The notes below the pieces were generated by a model. It worked only from the letters and a program-made list of their open reading frames with translations. It was not told the DNA's origin and did no database searches. Positions 27,127 to 42,794 of a DNA stretch of 64,000 bases are shown in pieces. A program made the translations under genes and the position numbers. Origin of the DNA: the human T2T-CHM13v2.0 reference genome, Homo sapiens. Numbering within the stretch: position 1 is the stretch's first letter; each line of letters begins with the position of its first letter. The stretch lies in NCBI RefSeq assembly GCF_009914755.1, contig NC_060936.1. One strand, written 5' to 3'.

Positions 27127-29745
27127 AGCCTCAAATCTGGATAACTGAGAAATAAGAGGTGCTGCAGTCCTGGCTGAGTAGAGTCCCTCAGGCCGGGCGA
27201 GCACCATGAACCAGGAAGAAGTCCTCCTGTGAAGCTTTTGCAAAAGCCAGGGCTACCAAATCAGAGTCTCTACAGAGACAATAACAAGTACCTGAGAACA
27301 ATTTCCAATCATTTCCAAAGCTAAATGGAATTACCTTTCCCTCCTAAAGGGCCACTGAAGCTAACTAAAATGCCAAGTTTCTTTGCTTTCTAACTGGAAT
27401 TCTATCAGCTCAGTGTGGAAACACCAATTTTTTTCACACTGATAAATAATGCTTAATAGCAATTACATATGTTTTCTCTTCAGGAAAAGAAGATAACTTA
27501 TTCTTTAATAAATGCAGTTTAGTAGACATAAACATTTCAAAACATGGGTTCAACCGAAAAGAATTAAAGTGTCAGTGGCATTTCTGCTCGAACCGTTATC
27601 TTTGAACCCAGTTAGCCCCTCAGAAATTTTCACACATTACTCTGTATTCAACCCTCCCTCAACTACACTTTAACATTACATCCTCAGTTTTATCCAGAAT
27701 CAGTGCAAACAATGGTCACATGAAGAACATTGCAGAAGCTTGTGTGAACTTATTATTGAAAACATAGTCCCTTGTATTGTTCATGTCATTTACAAAAGGA
27801 AAAATTTGCCTCCTTTGGCAAAACAGATGCTGATTCCTATAGACGACTGTGAGCCACAGTCCTTTCTGTCTTGGCTACCAGAAAGCCCAGAATGCAACTC
27901 TGTCTCTCCTGCATCCATCACCCTTATTTTTAGTTTCCACTATCATCATTTCCCTTGCACTTCCCTACTTCCCCCCCTCCCCAGTTACATGATTCTTTTT
28001 ATCTGTCCTTTTACAACCAAAATTCTTTTGGTTGTCATCCATCTCAAGTCCATTTTAGGAAACAGACTAAGACATGAATCAAGTAACCCCAGGTTAATGG
28101 TGGCAGAGCCAATAGTGGAACTCAAGGTGGACCACTTGTCACGTTTGCTGTCTCTCCCTTAAAATGGGTGCCTTCAAGCTCTGCCTCCTGCACCACGGGG
28201 CCCCAGCAGTCTTCTCACTGGCTTTCCCAGCAACTGCACCGCAGACCTCACAGGTGGAGCCGTCGTGTTTACAGACGCCCCAAGGACCCGCGCTCTAGGA
28301 AGTGGAAGTCCCCAGCACATAGTCCAAAGGCCATCTGTTCCTGCATCTCCACAGATTTCATGTCTGGATTTCTGGCTGCCTTGGCAGAGTTGAGGGACTG
28401 GGCCTGCTTCCCCCAACATTGCAGAGAAGAGAGAAGAGAGTCAAAGAGCAGAAACAGCCCTAGTCTTGTACCAATTGCGCTGCCTGCACACCTTGCTATG
28501 AATAACAATACCAACAGCAGTAACAACGGCAATTCTCATGTGTTGTGTGTGCCTCTCTGCCAGGCATTCAGAGAACATCATCACCTCTTCCCTCCACAAT
28601 GTGTATTACTCCCGTTTTGGAAATGCATGGAGCTCTGAGCCTGCTTTCCTAAAAAGGCATGACTTGCTGGAAGTTAACAGCATCTACTTGCGTGCAAAGG
28701 ACACATAAGCTGAAGTTCTGGCATGCTCTGAGGGACAGCAAATGAGACCCCTTCAATATCAGTCACTCTATTAACAATAGCTACAAAAGCTCTGACGATT
28801 GGACAAAAGGGATTTTTCACCCATCCCAGGCATGTCACTTCTTCCAAATTTAGTGGACTCTGGCTGGATTAATATGATTTCACTGACATGAAAGTCGTCC
28901 CTAATAGCCTGCATCGACCTTGTCTCTGCTAGAGGCTTGAGGAATAAGAGAATGTAAAGGATGAGAAACGGAGTGTTCATTCATATATACAAAAAAAGCA
29001 AATGAGAAATCAACAGAAATGTTGACCACGATCTCTAGAAGAGCCATCTTGGTAATGAGCAGACGTAAGAAAGCACCTGCTTCCATACCGCCATTTCAAA
29101 CCTTCTCAGGCTGCTTGGGGCCAAAGGCCAGGCCTTCCCACACCCTTCTGTGCATGGATCTTGAGTGTCCCTCACAAAATGCTGGCTCTTCTGTTGTTGT
29201 TTTTGGAAAACAAATGCTTCCTTCCAAGATTCCCCCTCCCAGTTAATATCTGTGCTCAGGACTTGGAGTCCCTGGACACATTACAATGGATTTGTCCAGG
29301 TTTGAGATCTCGACTTTGTGATTTCCTCCCCATCTTCCCAGTCTCTCTGGACCCCACCGAGTTATGATCCAAACCTCCACTGCCTGGAGGATGCTTAACT
29401 GATCCCGCGCCATGCCTCATTCTTCCTCCACGCTCCCCTCGCCGCCAGGATGTGGCTCTCAGCAAATGTGGTTTTTTTCTCATTTTAAAAAGAGAGCATG
29501 CCACCAGCCTCAACACTAGCCCTCCACAGACAGCGAGTCTCGTCTTCCATTTTCCATGCTCCTCTCTCAACTCAGGAACTGGGTTTAACCCAGACCCCCA
29601 CCCCTGGGATCAGAGCCTCAGATTAATTTTTACAAACATAGCATCCTACCCAGCATACCAAGTTATATCCCCCCTCATCTGTGTATAACACCCTCCGTGA
29701 GCTCCACTACAAGCCATTGCCTTCTATGATAAAAAGAAGATCTGG

Positions 29746-30201
<456 letters not shown>

Positions 30202-31018
30202 CTAACCCACCACATTGACAAACAGAATTGGTGCTGGGCTAATGAGTTACTACTTGACACAGTATCCCATCACTGCATTGATGTCTGGGCACCTGCACTC
30301 CCCCTATGCTGCCCTGTGATTGTCGGCACCCTGAGGGCATGGGTTGTTTCTGCTCCCTCAGTGCCTCTCCAAGGACTTTCTTACAGAGGGAGCACTATCA
30401 GTGCTGGCTGCTTCTTTGGTCAGAAAGGAAGTTGACTGGGGGACTAAGAATTGAGAATACACATTAAAATATCTCAGAAAGCAGACACAACAAAGTCCTG
30501 CATTTACACAGCACTGGTTAAGAATCAGATCCTTACAAAAACCTTCTAAGAAAAATAGGACAGGTATGAGTATGCCCATATCATAGATGAGGCAACTGAG
30601 GCTCTGAGAGATGGGATGACGTCCCCAAACCACACAACGAATAACTGCAGAACCAAGGTTAGAAAGTCTCTTCTTCTGAGGACTCGACTAGTGCTGTGTC
30701 TACCAAAATGCAAAGTGGGGAGAGAAACCCAGAGATGGCTGCTTTATACTATGTTCTCACCCTCGCCAACTCATCTACAAGTTCAAATGCAGGTACCACC
30801 TAAAAACTACAGATGTAAGTTCCAAACAGTTAATGTATAGGGGCACTGAAACTCTGAAAGCCAATATGTCATTTATGCAAAACTATGCTCTAAAAAGCAT
30901 AAGCATGTGAAAAGATAAAGGAGATACCAGAGGGACCAAAGGCAAGCACTACTGGGGAAGCCAAGTCTGGGAGTGAGGAGGAGAAGGTGGCAGAAAGACA
31001 AGAGATGTAGAGGTGTCT

Positions 31019-31374
<356 letters not shown>

Positions 31375-31569
31375 TCAGAGGTGGGGGGTGGAAGGAAGAG
31401 AGAAGAGAAGGAAAAGAATGAGAGTAGAAAGACGGGAAGGAAAGCAAAGAGGGAAAATAAGCAAGCGGAGGTTGAAAAAGGACACACTTTTCCTATGTCT
31501 CTAGGTTTCCCCTAAAAGGGTTACCCTGGGGGATGGAAATCATAACATGGGCATTAGAGTTTTGCTCAC

Positions 31570-31572
31570 CTC
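31570..31572 (-). CDS. ANO2: Candidate 3-nt microexon (GAG = Glu) between PTKK and MYEIK
   Basis: Minus strand reads ttttaatctctgctgctgatccttggaaag|GAG|gtgagc. I recall an ANO2 isoform reading PTKKEMYEIK, and neither flanking exon supplies that E. Confidence 0.55.
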
Positions 31573-32458
31573 CTTTCCAAGGATCAGCAGCAGAGATTAA
31601 AACATAGGAAACAAGACACAAATAGAATGAGGTTAAGAGAACATTACACATTCAGATAAACCAGAGAGAAAGGAGAATAATATATTGGAGTTAGAAGGAA
31701 GACAGAAGAAAGAGGAGATAGGGTTGGCCAAAACAGGACCCCACCAGAAGGAAGCAGAAGCCTCCACCCAAAGCTGAAACTAGTATCATGTTGCCAGGAA
31801 CTCCAGAGAACATGAGCTAAAGAGAAGCAGAGATCCAAAACAAAGATGGCACCCGCATTTGAGGGCTGCGGTATTAGGAGTGAGAGGACTGAAACTAGGA
31901 GACAAAAAACGCAGCAGTGCAATTGAAGGGGAAAGACACAGCGTATTCCTTGTGAAACTAAGACACTTCAGGCATGTGACCCCCCTCCCCGACACCAAAA
32001 ATCACCTTTTGTTGGCAAAATGTTTGTAGCTAATATTAATGTTTGTGTTTGTTCATTGTTTAATAAGCATTTGTCCACCTGCCGTGGAGTTATTGTCCAT
32101 TGTAATAAATCTATAAGAACAGAACCCATAGACTTTATTCTTCTCAAGTAGAGGATTCATGATGGTATCAGTCATGTGCTGGTATTTGATGAGTGATTTT
32201 TGATGGAGATAGCAGATCTGTTGGTAGTGAAAATGGTGTTGGCCAACAATGTAAATCAGAATGGTGTTGCTGACTATAATGATAGCACTGAGAGTCGGCA
32301 TGGTAACGAGGGGGCAGGTGATCACAGTGGTGGTACAGAAGGCAACAAATATGGAATTCTGTTCACAGTGGGCAGCATGAAAACTATGATGATGGTAGTT
32401 ACAAACAGCAAGATGATCTTTGCCATGGTAGCATGTATACAACTACACTATGGAAAGG

Positions 32459-32461
<3 letters not shown>

Positions 32462-32507
<46 letters not shown>

Positions 32508-32532
32508 TGTATATGAGAGAGAGAGAGAGAGA
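32462..32532. repeat. (TG)n followed by (GA)n microsatellite
   Basis: Read directly. Confidence 0.95.
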
Positions 32533-32734
32533 AGAGGGGGTGGAGGGAAAGAAAGAGAGACCACCCACAGTTCACCCATGGTTAAACTAGAGTGCCATCT
32601 GCCACAGGACCCTCCCTAAGAGACATGGCAGATGGTCAAAGTCAATAGCCACCCCTTTCCCCTAAAATACCTATGAATAAAGAATGGAGTATCTGTGAGC
32701 ACATGCTTCCTTTCTCTTTGGAGCTATTTGCTAG

Positions 32735-32944
<210 letters not shown>

Positions 32945-33660
32945 TAGACTATCCTGGATTAAAAAAAAAAAAAATACCTCAAACATCATCTAAACTGTGT
33001 GGCTGTCAACCCAGATGTGCATCATCCTGGGGATTTTTTGCCTAACACTGATGAGAACGTCATTCCATACCAACCAAGTAGGTCAAATTCCCAGAGATGG
33101 GACACTGGCATGAACAGTTTGAAAACACTTACCAGGTGATCTTAATCAATTCACCTGATTAAGAACCTTCTGATTTACAGAAGAGATAAGTGAAACCCAC
33201 CAAACACAATATTTAGTGGCAGAATCATAACCAGAATAGGTTTCTCCACAGCAAATTGGTGTTGTTTCCCCTGCCCACTGCTGACACAGTCAGCGTGGCT
33301 TGCAGCCTTCTCTCATTACTCTATTCACTAAAGAAGTGTCTGGCTGTACTAGGACCCCGAGAAGAGAGAAAGGAGGTGAAACAGAAAAATGAAGAACACG
33401 GACAGGGACAATGTGTTGCTTCTCATGGAGCAAACCCAGCCAGTGCTCTGAGGTGGGAGGATCTCCCTCCCCACCCCAACTCTTCCCCGTCCCCGTCCCC
33501 GTCCCCACCCCCCACCCCCCACCCCGGCATCATGGGTCCCTGGGGAAGCAAGTGTGATTTCAATTCCACAAAACCCACATCCCACCTGGCCCTATTCCCA
33601 AATTATTTGCATCCATCCAGCCCTCAGGAGGCCCAGAACCCAGGAGAAACATGCTCATAC

Positions 33661-33759
33661 TTTCTTGGTAGGAACTTTGATCTTCAAGAATTCTGCCTCT
33701 CTGGCCAGCACCTGCCACGGGGCGTGTATCCGGACAAAGATGGATCCCTGGCTTTTATT
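33661..33759 (-). CDS. ANO2: Anoctamin-2 (TMEM16B) coding exon, 99 nt, phase 0-0, N-terminal cytoplasmic region: [33 protein letters not shown]
   Basis: Minus strand reads ccttgcag|AATAAAAGC...ACCAAGAAA|gtatga. The peptide is visible in ORF 33655..33837 and matches the anoctamin FVRIHAPW motif as I recall it. Confidence 0.96.
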
Positions 33760-36700
33760 CTGCAAGGTACAAAGAAAGAACAAATGGAAACACTTGTAAG
33801 GACATAGCTTAAACTCCTGGTTCTTCAACTGTTCCACACAAGGAGCCCAACCCGTTGTTCTTCAGTTTCTCGTTTTCGTTCTCTTTAAAATTCACCAGGG
33901 ACCAGTCCCTTCCCACCTGTACCCAGTTCATCAGTCTATTCCAAAAATGTTCTCATCGAAAACAGTAGGATAGTGTTCCCAAAGTGTGGCCCCTGGAAGT
34001 TTGGTAGCTTCAGAGCAAAAAAAAAAAAAAAAAAAAAAACAAGTTAAAACAATTTTGGTCACAGATTTGAAATATAAGCAATCATGATTTTCACGGAAAT
34101 CTCATTACACTCTTAATAACAAGTGGTTGGTTTTGCACTGCTCACACTCAGTGAATAGCCTGCAACTTGTCTCCATTCACATGTTTTCATTGTTTATTGT
34201 TCAAGTTTGTATTTTTGTTCTACTGTCATGCTGTTATAGCCCCAAACCACAAAAGTGATCTACTAGAGCCTAGAAGTAATACTATAAATCATAATGACAA
34301 TGGTACAATGCAGAATAATATAAACAGGGCTCCTATATGAATACAGAACATGAATCTATGTCTCAGGATAAGTGACTGTGTTGTGTGTTGATTTCTCTCA
34401 AAACATGAAAAATAAGGACAGAAAATGCAGTGATAAGTATTTGAAAGTCAGGTTTCATTGACCCAGCAATTCATCTGGCCCTTGTCACTATGACTGTTAC
34501 AAATAGGTGTCAGATTATGAGAGGAAGGCACCTCATCTTCAAATAAACATTCACTTTTTTTTTTTTTTTCAAAACAAGCACGCACAGGGGAAAAAATACT
34601 TTCTGATATGAATTTAATTAATTTTGTCACTAAAGAACTAAAGAGGACCAAAACCAAGTAGGAAAAACTGGCAGAAGTCTCATTATTGGTGAGAAGTTTC
34701 TAAAACTACCTGCAAAATTAAGCACAAGCATTGTGTTTAAACTCCTTCACTGTGTTCAGAGAGAAGGAACGAGCTGATAGCACAATCCTTCATTCCGCCC
34801 TCTGATCTTGGTTTAGTGTTGAAGACTATATAGAAAATCTTCAACTCACAGGCTCTGACTGTCTGCATTTTCAGTGTGCCTGGCAGAGAGATAGATGGCA
34901 AATAGAAGACTACGTCCCCCCACTGAAGAACACTGTCTATGGAGGAGGTGCTCACATGTGCTTTTGAAATGATGAACAAAATAAAAAGATATTTTATGGC
35001 ACTTATTAATGCAAGTGAAAACTATTTCTATTATTCTTCAATGGCAGCTCCAAAATATGTTCAGTAATTCAAACATCCAGAACCAAACCTCACTTTGAGG
35101 AAGAAAGCTCATGACTTACAAGGCAGAAAAATGAAGAATAAACCACGATTTCAAAAGGAGATTGGACTATGGTGTGAAAGCCTTGGGTAGTCTAGAGTTT
35201 GACAATATCTGAAAATAACAATTACCACAATGCATATTTATTGACTGTGTATTATGCGCCAGAACTGAGTTAGGTGGTCACGTGCATTAGCTCACACAAT
35301 ATTTGCAACTATGCTGTAAGGCCAGTACTACCACAATCTCTATTCCACAGCTGAGGAAAGCAAGGCAGGGAAAATGTAAATGATTTGCCCAAAGTTACAC
35401 AGATAGTGCAATAAAGATAGTGTTCAGACATGACATGGTCACTCAGGATAATTAAGAAACACACCCAAGGACTGTAACACAACACAAAGACATGTGTTTA
35501 GGCTAAAATCAAATCCAAGGGTTGATAAGGAACCTATGTGGCAGCCCTAAAATGAAACCTTCCCAATCCCAAGTGTGACATCGTTCTGACAAAATACTGA
35601 AAGTGGCCTTCAGCAAGAAATCTCCCCAATTTTATCTTTGGTTATGCAGGACTGCTAGATAGAATCATCAATCACTTGCTACTACTTCTAACTGTAATTT
35701 AAGCTTTTCCAACTAAGTGAAAATAAAGGGTAAGAAAAGAAACCATCTGTGAAGCTGACCTGCAAGCCCAGCTCTCCATCACGGCCCCAGAAATTATGTT
35801 TTTGCTGAAAGATGGCAAACAGCATCATCCCTCTCGCTAAGAGGAGATCACAATGATTATGAATGTTAACACATTACCCTTTGTCTTTATTTTCAAACTG
35901 TGATGAATGCTGTTTTAACTTTCTTTAGGGTCGGTGGCTCAAGTGTGTAACAGATGTCCATTAAGTGGGTGCAGATGTTCTAAGTTTGAGGTAGGGTTGG
36001 GAGGGCAAGGGTCAAATTCCAAGATCTTGGTGGCAGACTGCTAGCTGTCCCGACAGCTGTTCTCATGTTCTTCATTTTTAACAAAGCACATGGCCATCCA
36101 GCATTAAGACCACATCTCCCTTGCAATGAGGTGTTTCCATAAACAGTATTTCTGGCCAATGTCGCAAGGTGGAAGTATCTGGTAACCTTCTTCAAATACA
36201 GCAAGTAGGTGCTTTTTGCCCCGTCATTTTCTTCCGTCCCCTTAACCCGCTGCCTGGAAGATGGACACAGACATTTTAGACCTTAAGGTTAAAGTCCGGG
36301 CCAGAAACAGCAAAGTGTCAAGAGAGAAGCTGGCTCTGGCTCTAGAGAGTGTCATAGCAGCCCTGGGATGCCTTTAGATTTTTACGTGAAAGATAGAATT
36401 CTACCTTGTTTATCCACGGTGATTTTAGAGGCTCTATCCATTGCAGCCTAATCTTACACTAACGAATGCAAAATCGTTTCCCAGTATGGGGTTGTTAACT
36501 TCCTCCAGCAAAGCATGCATCTCCACTCTCCTCAAAAGGAACTTGTTTAAAATGAAAACAAAAGCAGGAATGCAGTTTTGTGGATCTAGTCATGTTCCTT
36601 TCATGCTGTGCAATATTGTTACCTTCTCATAAAAAGGAAAACATACCCACCATTGTGAAATATTAGCTGATGTGACTGGTTGTGTCTCCAAAGAAAAAAA

Positions 36701-36919
36701 GTAACTCCTTGAAAGCTCCGGAGCACAACCATCACCGAATGCATCCCCCAGGAATCTAAACCTGAAGGTTAACATGTATTGACTTTAAAATAATTTTTTC
36801 CTTGTCCCCCAGGCCACTCCGACATCCATTCTGCCCTGCCTGTGGATGTGGGTTCTTTTAGGCATAGTAGGGGAGTGGAAGAGCTTGGAGCTTCCAAGTT
36901 AGACAGAACAAGATCTGAA

Positions 36920-37392
36920 TCCTTAGTTATTGTGAATAGTCCTGCAATAAACATGGGGGTGCAGGTATCCCCTTGATATATTGATTTCTTTTCCTTTGGG
37001 TACATACCCAAGAATGGGATTGCTAGGTCATATGCCAGTCCCATTTTTCGTTTTTGAGGGACCTCCATTCTGCTTTCCATAATGGCTATACCAATTTACA
37101 TTCCTACCAGCAGTATGTGAGAGTTCCCTTTTCACTGCGTCCTTGCCAGCCTTTATTTTTTTGGTCTTTTTTATAATAGCCATTCTAACTGGGGTGAGAT
37201 GATATCTAATTGTGATTTTGATTTGCATTCCTCGATGATCAGTGATGTTAAGCATTTTTTCATATACCTGTTGTCCATTTCTATGTCTTCTTTTATGAAG
37301 TGTTTATTTAGATCCTTTGCCCAGTTTTTAATTAGATTATTTGTTGAATCAACCTAAATGTCCATCAAGAGAGGAATGGATAAAAGAAATGT

Positions 37393-37435
<43 letters not shown>

Positions 37436-37948
37436 GCCCACTGGAATAGTACTCAGCCATAAAAAGAATGATATCCTGCTATTCACAGCAATATGGATGA
37501 GCCTGGAGGACATCATGTTAAGTGAAATAGGCCAGACACAGAAAGACAAATACCACATGTTCTCCCTCATATGTGGAAACTAAAGAATATTTGAGCTTAT
37601 GGAAGTAGAGCATAGAATTGTGGTTATTAGAGGCTGGGCAAAATGTGGAGAGGGGAGGATGGGGAGAGGTTGGTTAATGGATCCAAAGTTAAGCTAGATA
37701 GGAGGAATACCTTCCAGTGTTCTGCAGCACTGCAGGGTGAATAGGATTAATATAATTTATTGTATGTTTCCAAAAAGTTAGAAGAGAGGATTGTGAATAT
37801 TTACAACACAAAGAAATGATATATTAGGGGTGACAGATACGCTAACTACCCTGATTTAATCATTACACATTGCATATATGTATCAAAATATCACTCTGTA
37901 TCCCATAAGTATGTACAGTTACATCAACTAAAAGTAAAAGGAAAAAAT
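36920..37948 (+). mobile_element. L1MA-like 3' end with 5' inversion (antisense ~36920-37343, sense ~37345-37948); (GATA)n at 37393-37435
   Basis: ORFs 36769..37080 and 37028..37255 on the minus strand show ORF2 C-terminal text ([25 protein letters not shown]). The sense part resumes at gaatcaacctaaatgtcc. Confidence 0.85.
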
Positions 37949-39130
37949 ATGTTTGTGACAGCATTATTTCTAATAGCAAAATACTGAAAACAACCAAAAT
38001 TAATTATGGAACAAGATTAGAAAGGGAAAAAGACTATCTAGGTGTATAGCTTCCCTCATAGTTTAGAGATTCAAATAGAATCAGTATTTCCCACTAATTC
38101 TGGAATCTTCACCACCTGAAAATAAACGGAGACCTATGCCTCAATTATTTAAAAAAAAAATTATTTGCCTCCAGAATTTTGCAGCTGTGGGAGCTTAGGC
38201 AAGTCACTTAACCAAATGAGCCTCACCTTCTTTATCTGAATAAGGAGGATGAGAAATGTTGCATGGCTGTTGTGAGAACTGCAGATGAAGTAGGTGAAGT
38301 CCCTGCTAGTGTGCCTGAAATGTGGAGTGTTCAATAAACATCAGGCATTACTATAGCGATTAGCTCTACCCAGGTAAAATGACTGCTTCTTGACTGCGGG
38401 ACAGTATCTGAAACTTCTTCTGTATTCTTCAAGCACCTAGCACGAGACTGCACACACAGCAGGTCCTCGCTGGGGAAAACCAGTTCCCGTTAGATTAAAA
38501 TTGTGAGTGAGTAATCCTGGTTCCTTTATTGCCTTGCACTTTTAAAATTATCTACAAGATTTTCAAAATGTCCCACATGTCCTAAAGGAAATCACAGGTT
38601 CAAAATACAGTGCATCTCCAGAATTTGGGGACAAGGTCAGAAAATATAAGTTGCTGAAATCGACAGGAAATTTAACACAACATGAAGAGATTAGCCGTCA
38701 GAGGATACAATCCATCCCTAAAGAAGATGTTATAAATAAGTAATCAATATGACTGGAGGGGCTCCCAAATCTCAACAGGCAACTAAAACTTCAGTTCGTG
38801 TAAAATGAGCTGTAACACATAATTTGGTCCTTGTCATCACAGAAGGGAGAACCAGGGCACAGATATTTCTGTAGGAAGGCCCAGGCCTGTCAGTCTAAGG
38901 TAGGTAATTTTTCCAGGGACAAGCAATGTGAAATATATAACAGAGCAGGAAATGTCTCTAGCTTAGTTGAAATGTCTCAAAAAAACTATGCAATCCTTTC
39001 ACTGTGACTCCATTTTCATAAAGCCCTACAAACCCTACTTCTCTAGTTCTTGTTATCAGGGAGAGTTACCCAAGAAGACGGTGTGAGTACTGTGGCCAAA
39101 GGAAATGAATACTCCTCAATCAGAGCCTGA

Positions 39131-39449
<319 letters not shown>

Positions 39450-39639
39450 TGTCCATTTCTTTTAACTCATGATGTCCACTGGTTTCCCAGACCTGTCCTC
39501 CACTAAGTAAACTGGTAGAGAACTGAATTCACAAAGAGGCTAAGTTACGTCTCATCTTGAACCTGTGCCCTGCCCAGTCTGCTGACGTCTCACTCCCTCC
39601 CTACCCCGCTTCCTCTCTAAAGTTAACTCAACAGCAAGC

Positions 39640-40092
39640 CCGATAATTTGCACATGGTCTAAGGTACCAGCCCCTCTCACCCTCCTCCCCAGGCTCCAGC
39701 ACCCAGCCCTTCTCACTGTCATCTGGCTGTTCCACCAGCTTCCTACGCTCAAGCCTCCTCACATTCTATCCCTCCATTGCAAAGCTCTCATCATCCCCCA
39801 TCCCAACCAACTCCTATTTGGGTCTCAGCTTAAACATTCCTTCCTCAGGAAGCCTCTTCCTGAGCCGTGGATTATGCCTGGTCCCTTCCTCTTGCTTGTG
39901 CAATTCCTTGTCTTTCTCCTTCACAGCACGGACCCACTATCACAATCATTGTGTCACTAAGCATCTCATACCCTTCTTCTCTGCTAGATCTGTAGCTCCA
40001 TGAGGACAAAGAATGAGTCTGTCTTGTTGTTTGCTTTGTCCTCAGCAGCCACCACAGTACCTGACGTATAGTAAGTGCTCAGTAAATATTTC
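39640..40092 (+). mobile_element. L2 3' fragment
   Basis: Ends acagtacctgacgtatagtaagtgctcagtaaatatt. Confidence 0.6.
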
Positions 40093-42208
40093 TGGCAACT
40101 TCAGTACACATATACTGTATTCCTAGTGGATTCCATTTGGATCCTGTGACCAATCTCTAAAAATTAGCTACCATGGCCCACAAAGTAATTGGTGACCTTT
40201 GGCCAACAGAATTTAAATCTAATTCAGTTTTGAGAAAATAATTCAATTACCCTTAAGTGTCATTCTTGAATGTGTCTCTCATATTGACAGCTAAAGTTAC
40301 TAAACTTTCCACCTGACCAGGAACCATCTAAAGATCGTGGAGGGCCTCTCCATCCTGTTGGTAGCCCCAGATGCTCACCACATTTGCAGACCGCCGTTCC
40401 CTTTCCTAGAGGCCAAAGGAATTGACACAGCCTCACTCGTGCTCACAAAACACAACCTGAACTGGATATATCAGAAACTTTTCTGCCTCATAGGCTTCTG
40501 GGGGTGTTATAGCATTAAGGAGAAGAATCAGGAATACTCTGGAAAATAGACAAGGCTTCAAATGTCAGTCTTTGACGTCTTCACTCAGCAAGCATTAGAC
40601 TGCCATGATGCTAGTCAACACCCCATGCTGACAGTTCAAGGCAGGGCCAGCTTAGGGACACAGAGGAATTTCAGAATGATGAACTGATTTGGCCATAGGA
40701 CTCTAGAGTTGGAAACACCTCCAAGCACACCTAACATATCTTTCTCCAGTAACAAAGGAAGACCTGCAGCCCAAGAGTCTGTGCTGCATAAGCATAGACA
40801 TACAGCTAATTACAAGCAGATCCAGGTCTCCTGGCACCAGCATTCATCCCACCCTTCCATCCTGAGGGCTGCCAACCATCCACGGCAATCCTGCAGCCCC
40901 TCCCTTCACAAGAAATTAGGGAGGCAGGGGAAGGAGGAATGGGCTAGGGAGTGAGGGAAGAAGGGGTTCGTACCCCCAGCCACCTCTCTCCCGCACTCAG
41001 GGGCCTGGAGGTCGCGCTCCTGGTGAAGTTATCCTCATTGTTTTTGTCTTGTTGTTGTTATCCAAAGCTTGCATGTGGATAAACAAGACAACGTCCTCTC
41101 TCTAGAGAGACAATAGTGAGCGGGAGGCAGCCCCAGCCAAACACTGGAAACTGATACTCCTCAGGCCTCCTTCCCCACAGCCCTGCCAAGCCACCTCCAT
41201 GCTGACCCAAGGGGCCTGAGTGTACTCTGGTCCCGGGCCCTGCTGTGAGGCAAGAACGTCAGCTGCAGCACATCGGCGCCCGGGAATGGCGCTGTAAGGA
41301 AGGGTGGGGGGATGAGCCTGTCGATGATGGAGGAGCAGAGAGGAGACAGACTCCCTTGGACTCCCCTAAGACATCACCAGCGCCCCCACCACACCTGCTG
41401 GGAGCCCCACACTCTCAGATCATCAAGATTGAAGCTCACACAGCTGGAGGACAGGGGTGCTGAGATGGTGGCCAGGGCAGCCATCGTCACAGGCGAAGGA
41501 GGAGAGTGAGGTGTAGCCTTGAGACAGAGGGCTTTTGAAATAAGAGCAGGAATTCATCTGAGACAGGCCTCCCATCTGCTCCATTTGAGGAACACCATAG
41601 TCTACCTGTGTCATCGTGAAGATCAAAGCCTTAACTTCCTTTTGGCTCTCAAGAATGTACAGCCTCTGATTCGGAGCAGGCTCTGCCTGGTCCTCCTGAG
41701 ACACAGGGATTTGGGATTAAGCAAAGGGAAGAAGTTCCTGCCTAGGGAAGGAAAGGTGGAAATCTGCTCTGCTGGGAGCTCCTGGATGAGAGTACTGGAA
41801 TCTCCTCTCCAACCCTGTCCTGCATAGGCCAAGGTGAAGGTGGCCAATAATCAGCAGAGGCAGAAGACAGAGCCAAATGCCCACCAAGCCCCATCCCAGA
41901 GACCCACTAAGACCAGCAGCAAGACCCTTCCTTCTTATGGAAAAGACTTCACCTGGTTCCCAACCAACGACCAGGGACAACCCAGGGTCCTATGGACATG
42001 AAAACTCAGCCACTTTTGTCGTATTTCTGGGTGCCAACCTGGACAGACACGCAGAACGGGTGATCTCTGGACCTATCACCACAGTCTCCACTCCGTGTAT
42101 CACACATCATTGCACTCCAACCAGAGGCAGCCCAGGAACAACTCCTCAAAGCCCAAGTGAAGAGGAAGCAGTGAGGGGAGCCCAGGGAGACTGAGGAGTC
42201 CAACCCTC

Positions 42209-42794
<586 letters not shown>

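Noticed and set aside
32150-32619. 139-aa ORF over a GAT/GGT-rich region
   Set aside because: Low-complexity sequence running into (TG)n/(GA)n; no recognisable domain.
33256-33807. 183-aa plus-strand ORF with a Pro/Ser run
   Set aside because: Antisense to the real ANO2 exon; the Pro/Ser run comes from the C-rich tract.
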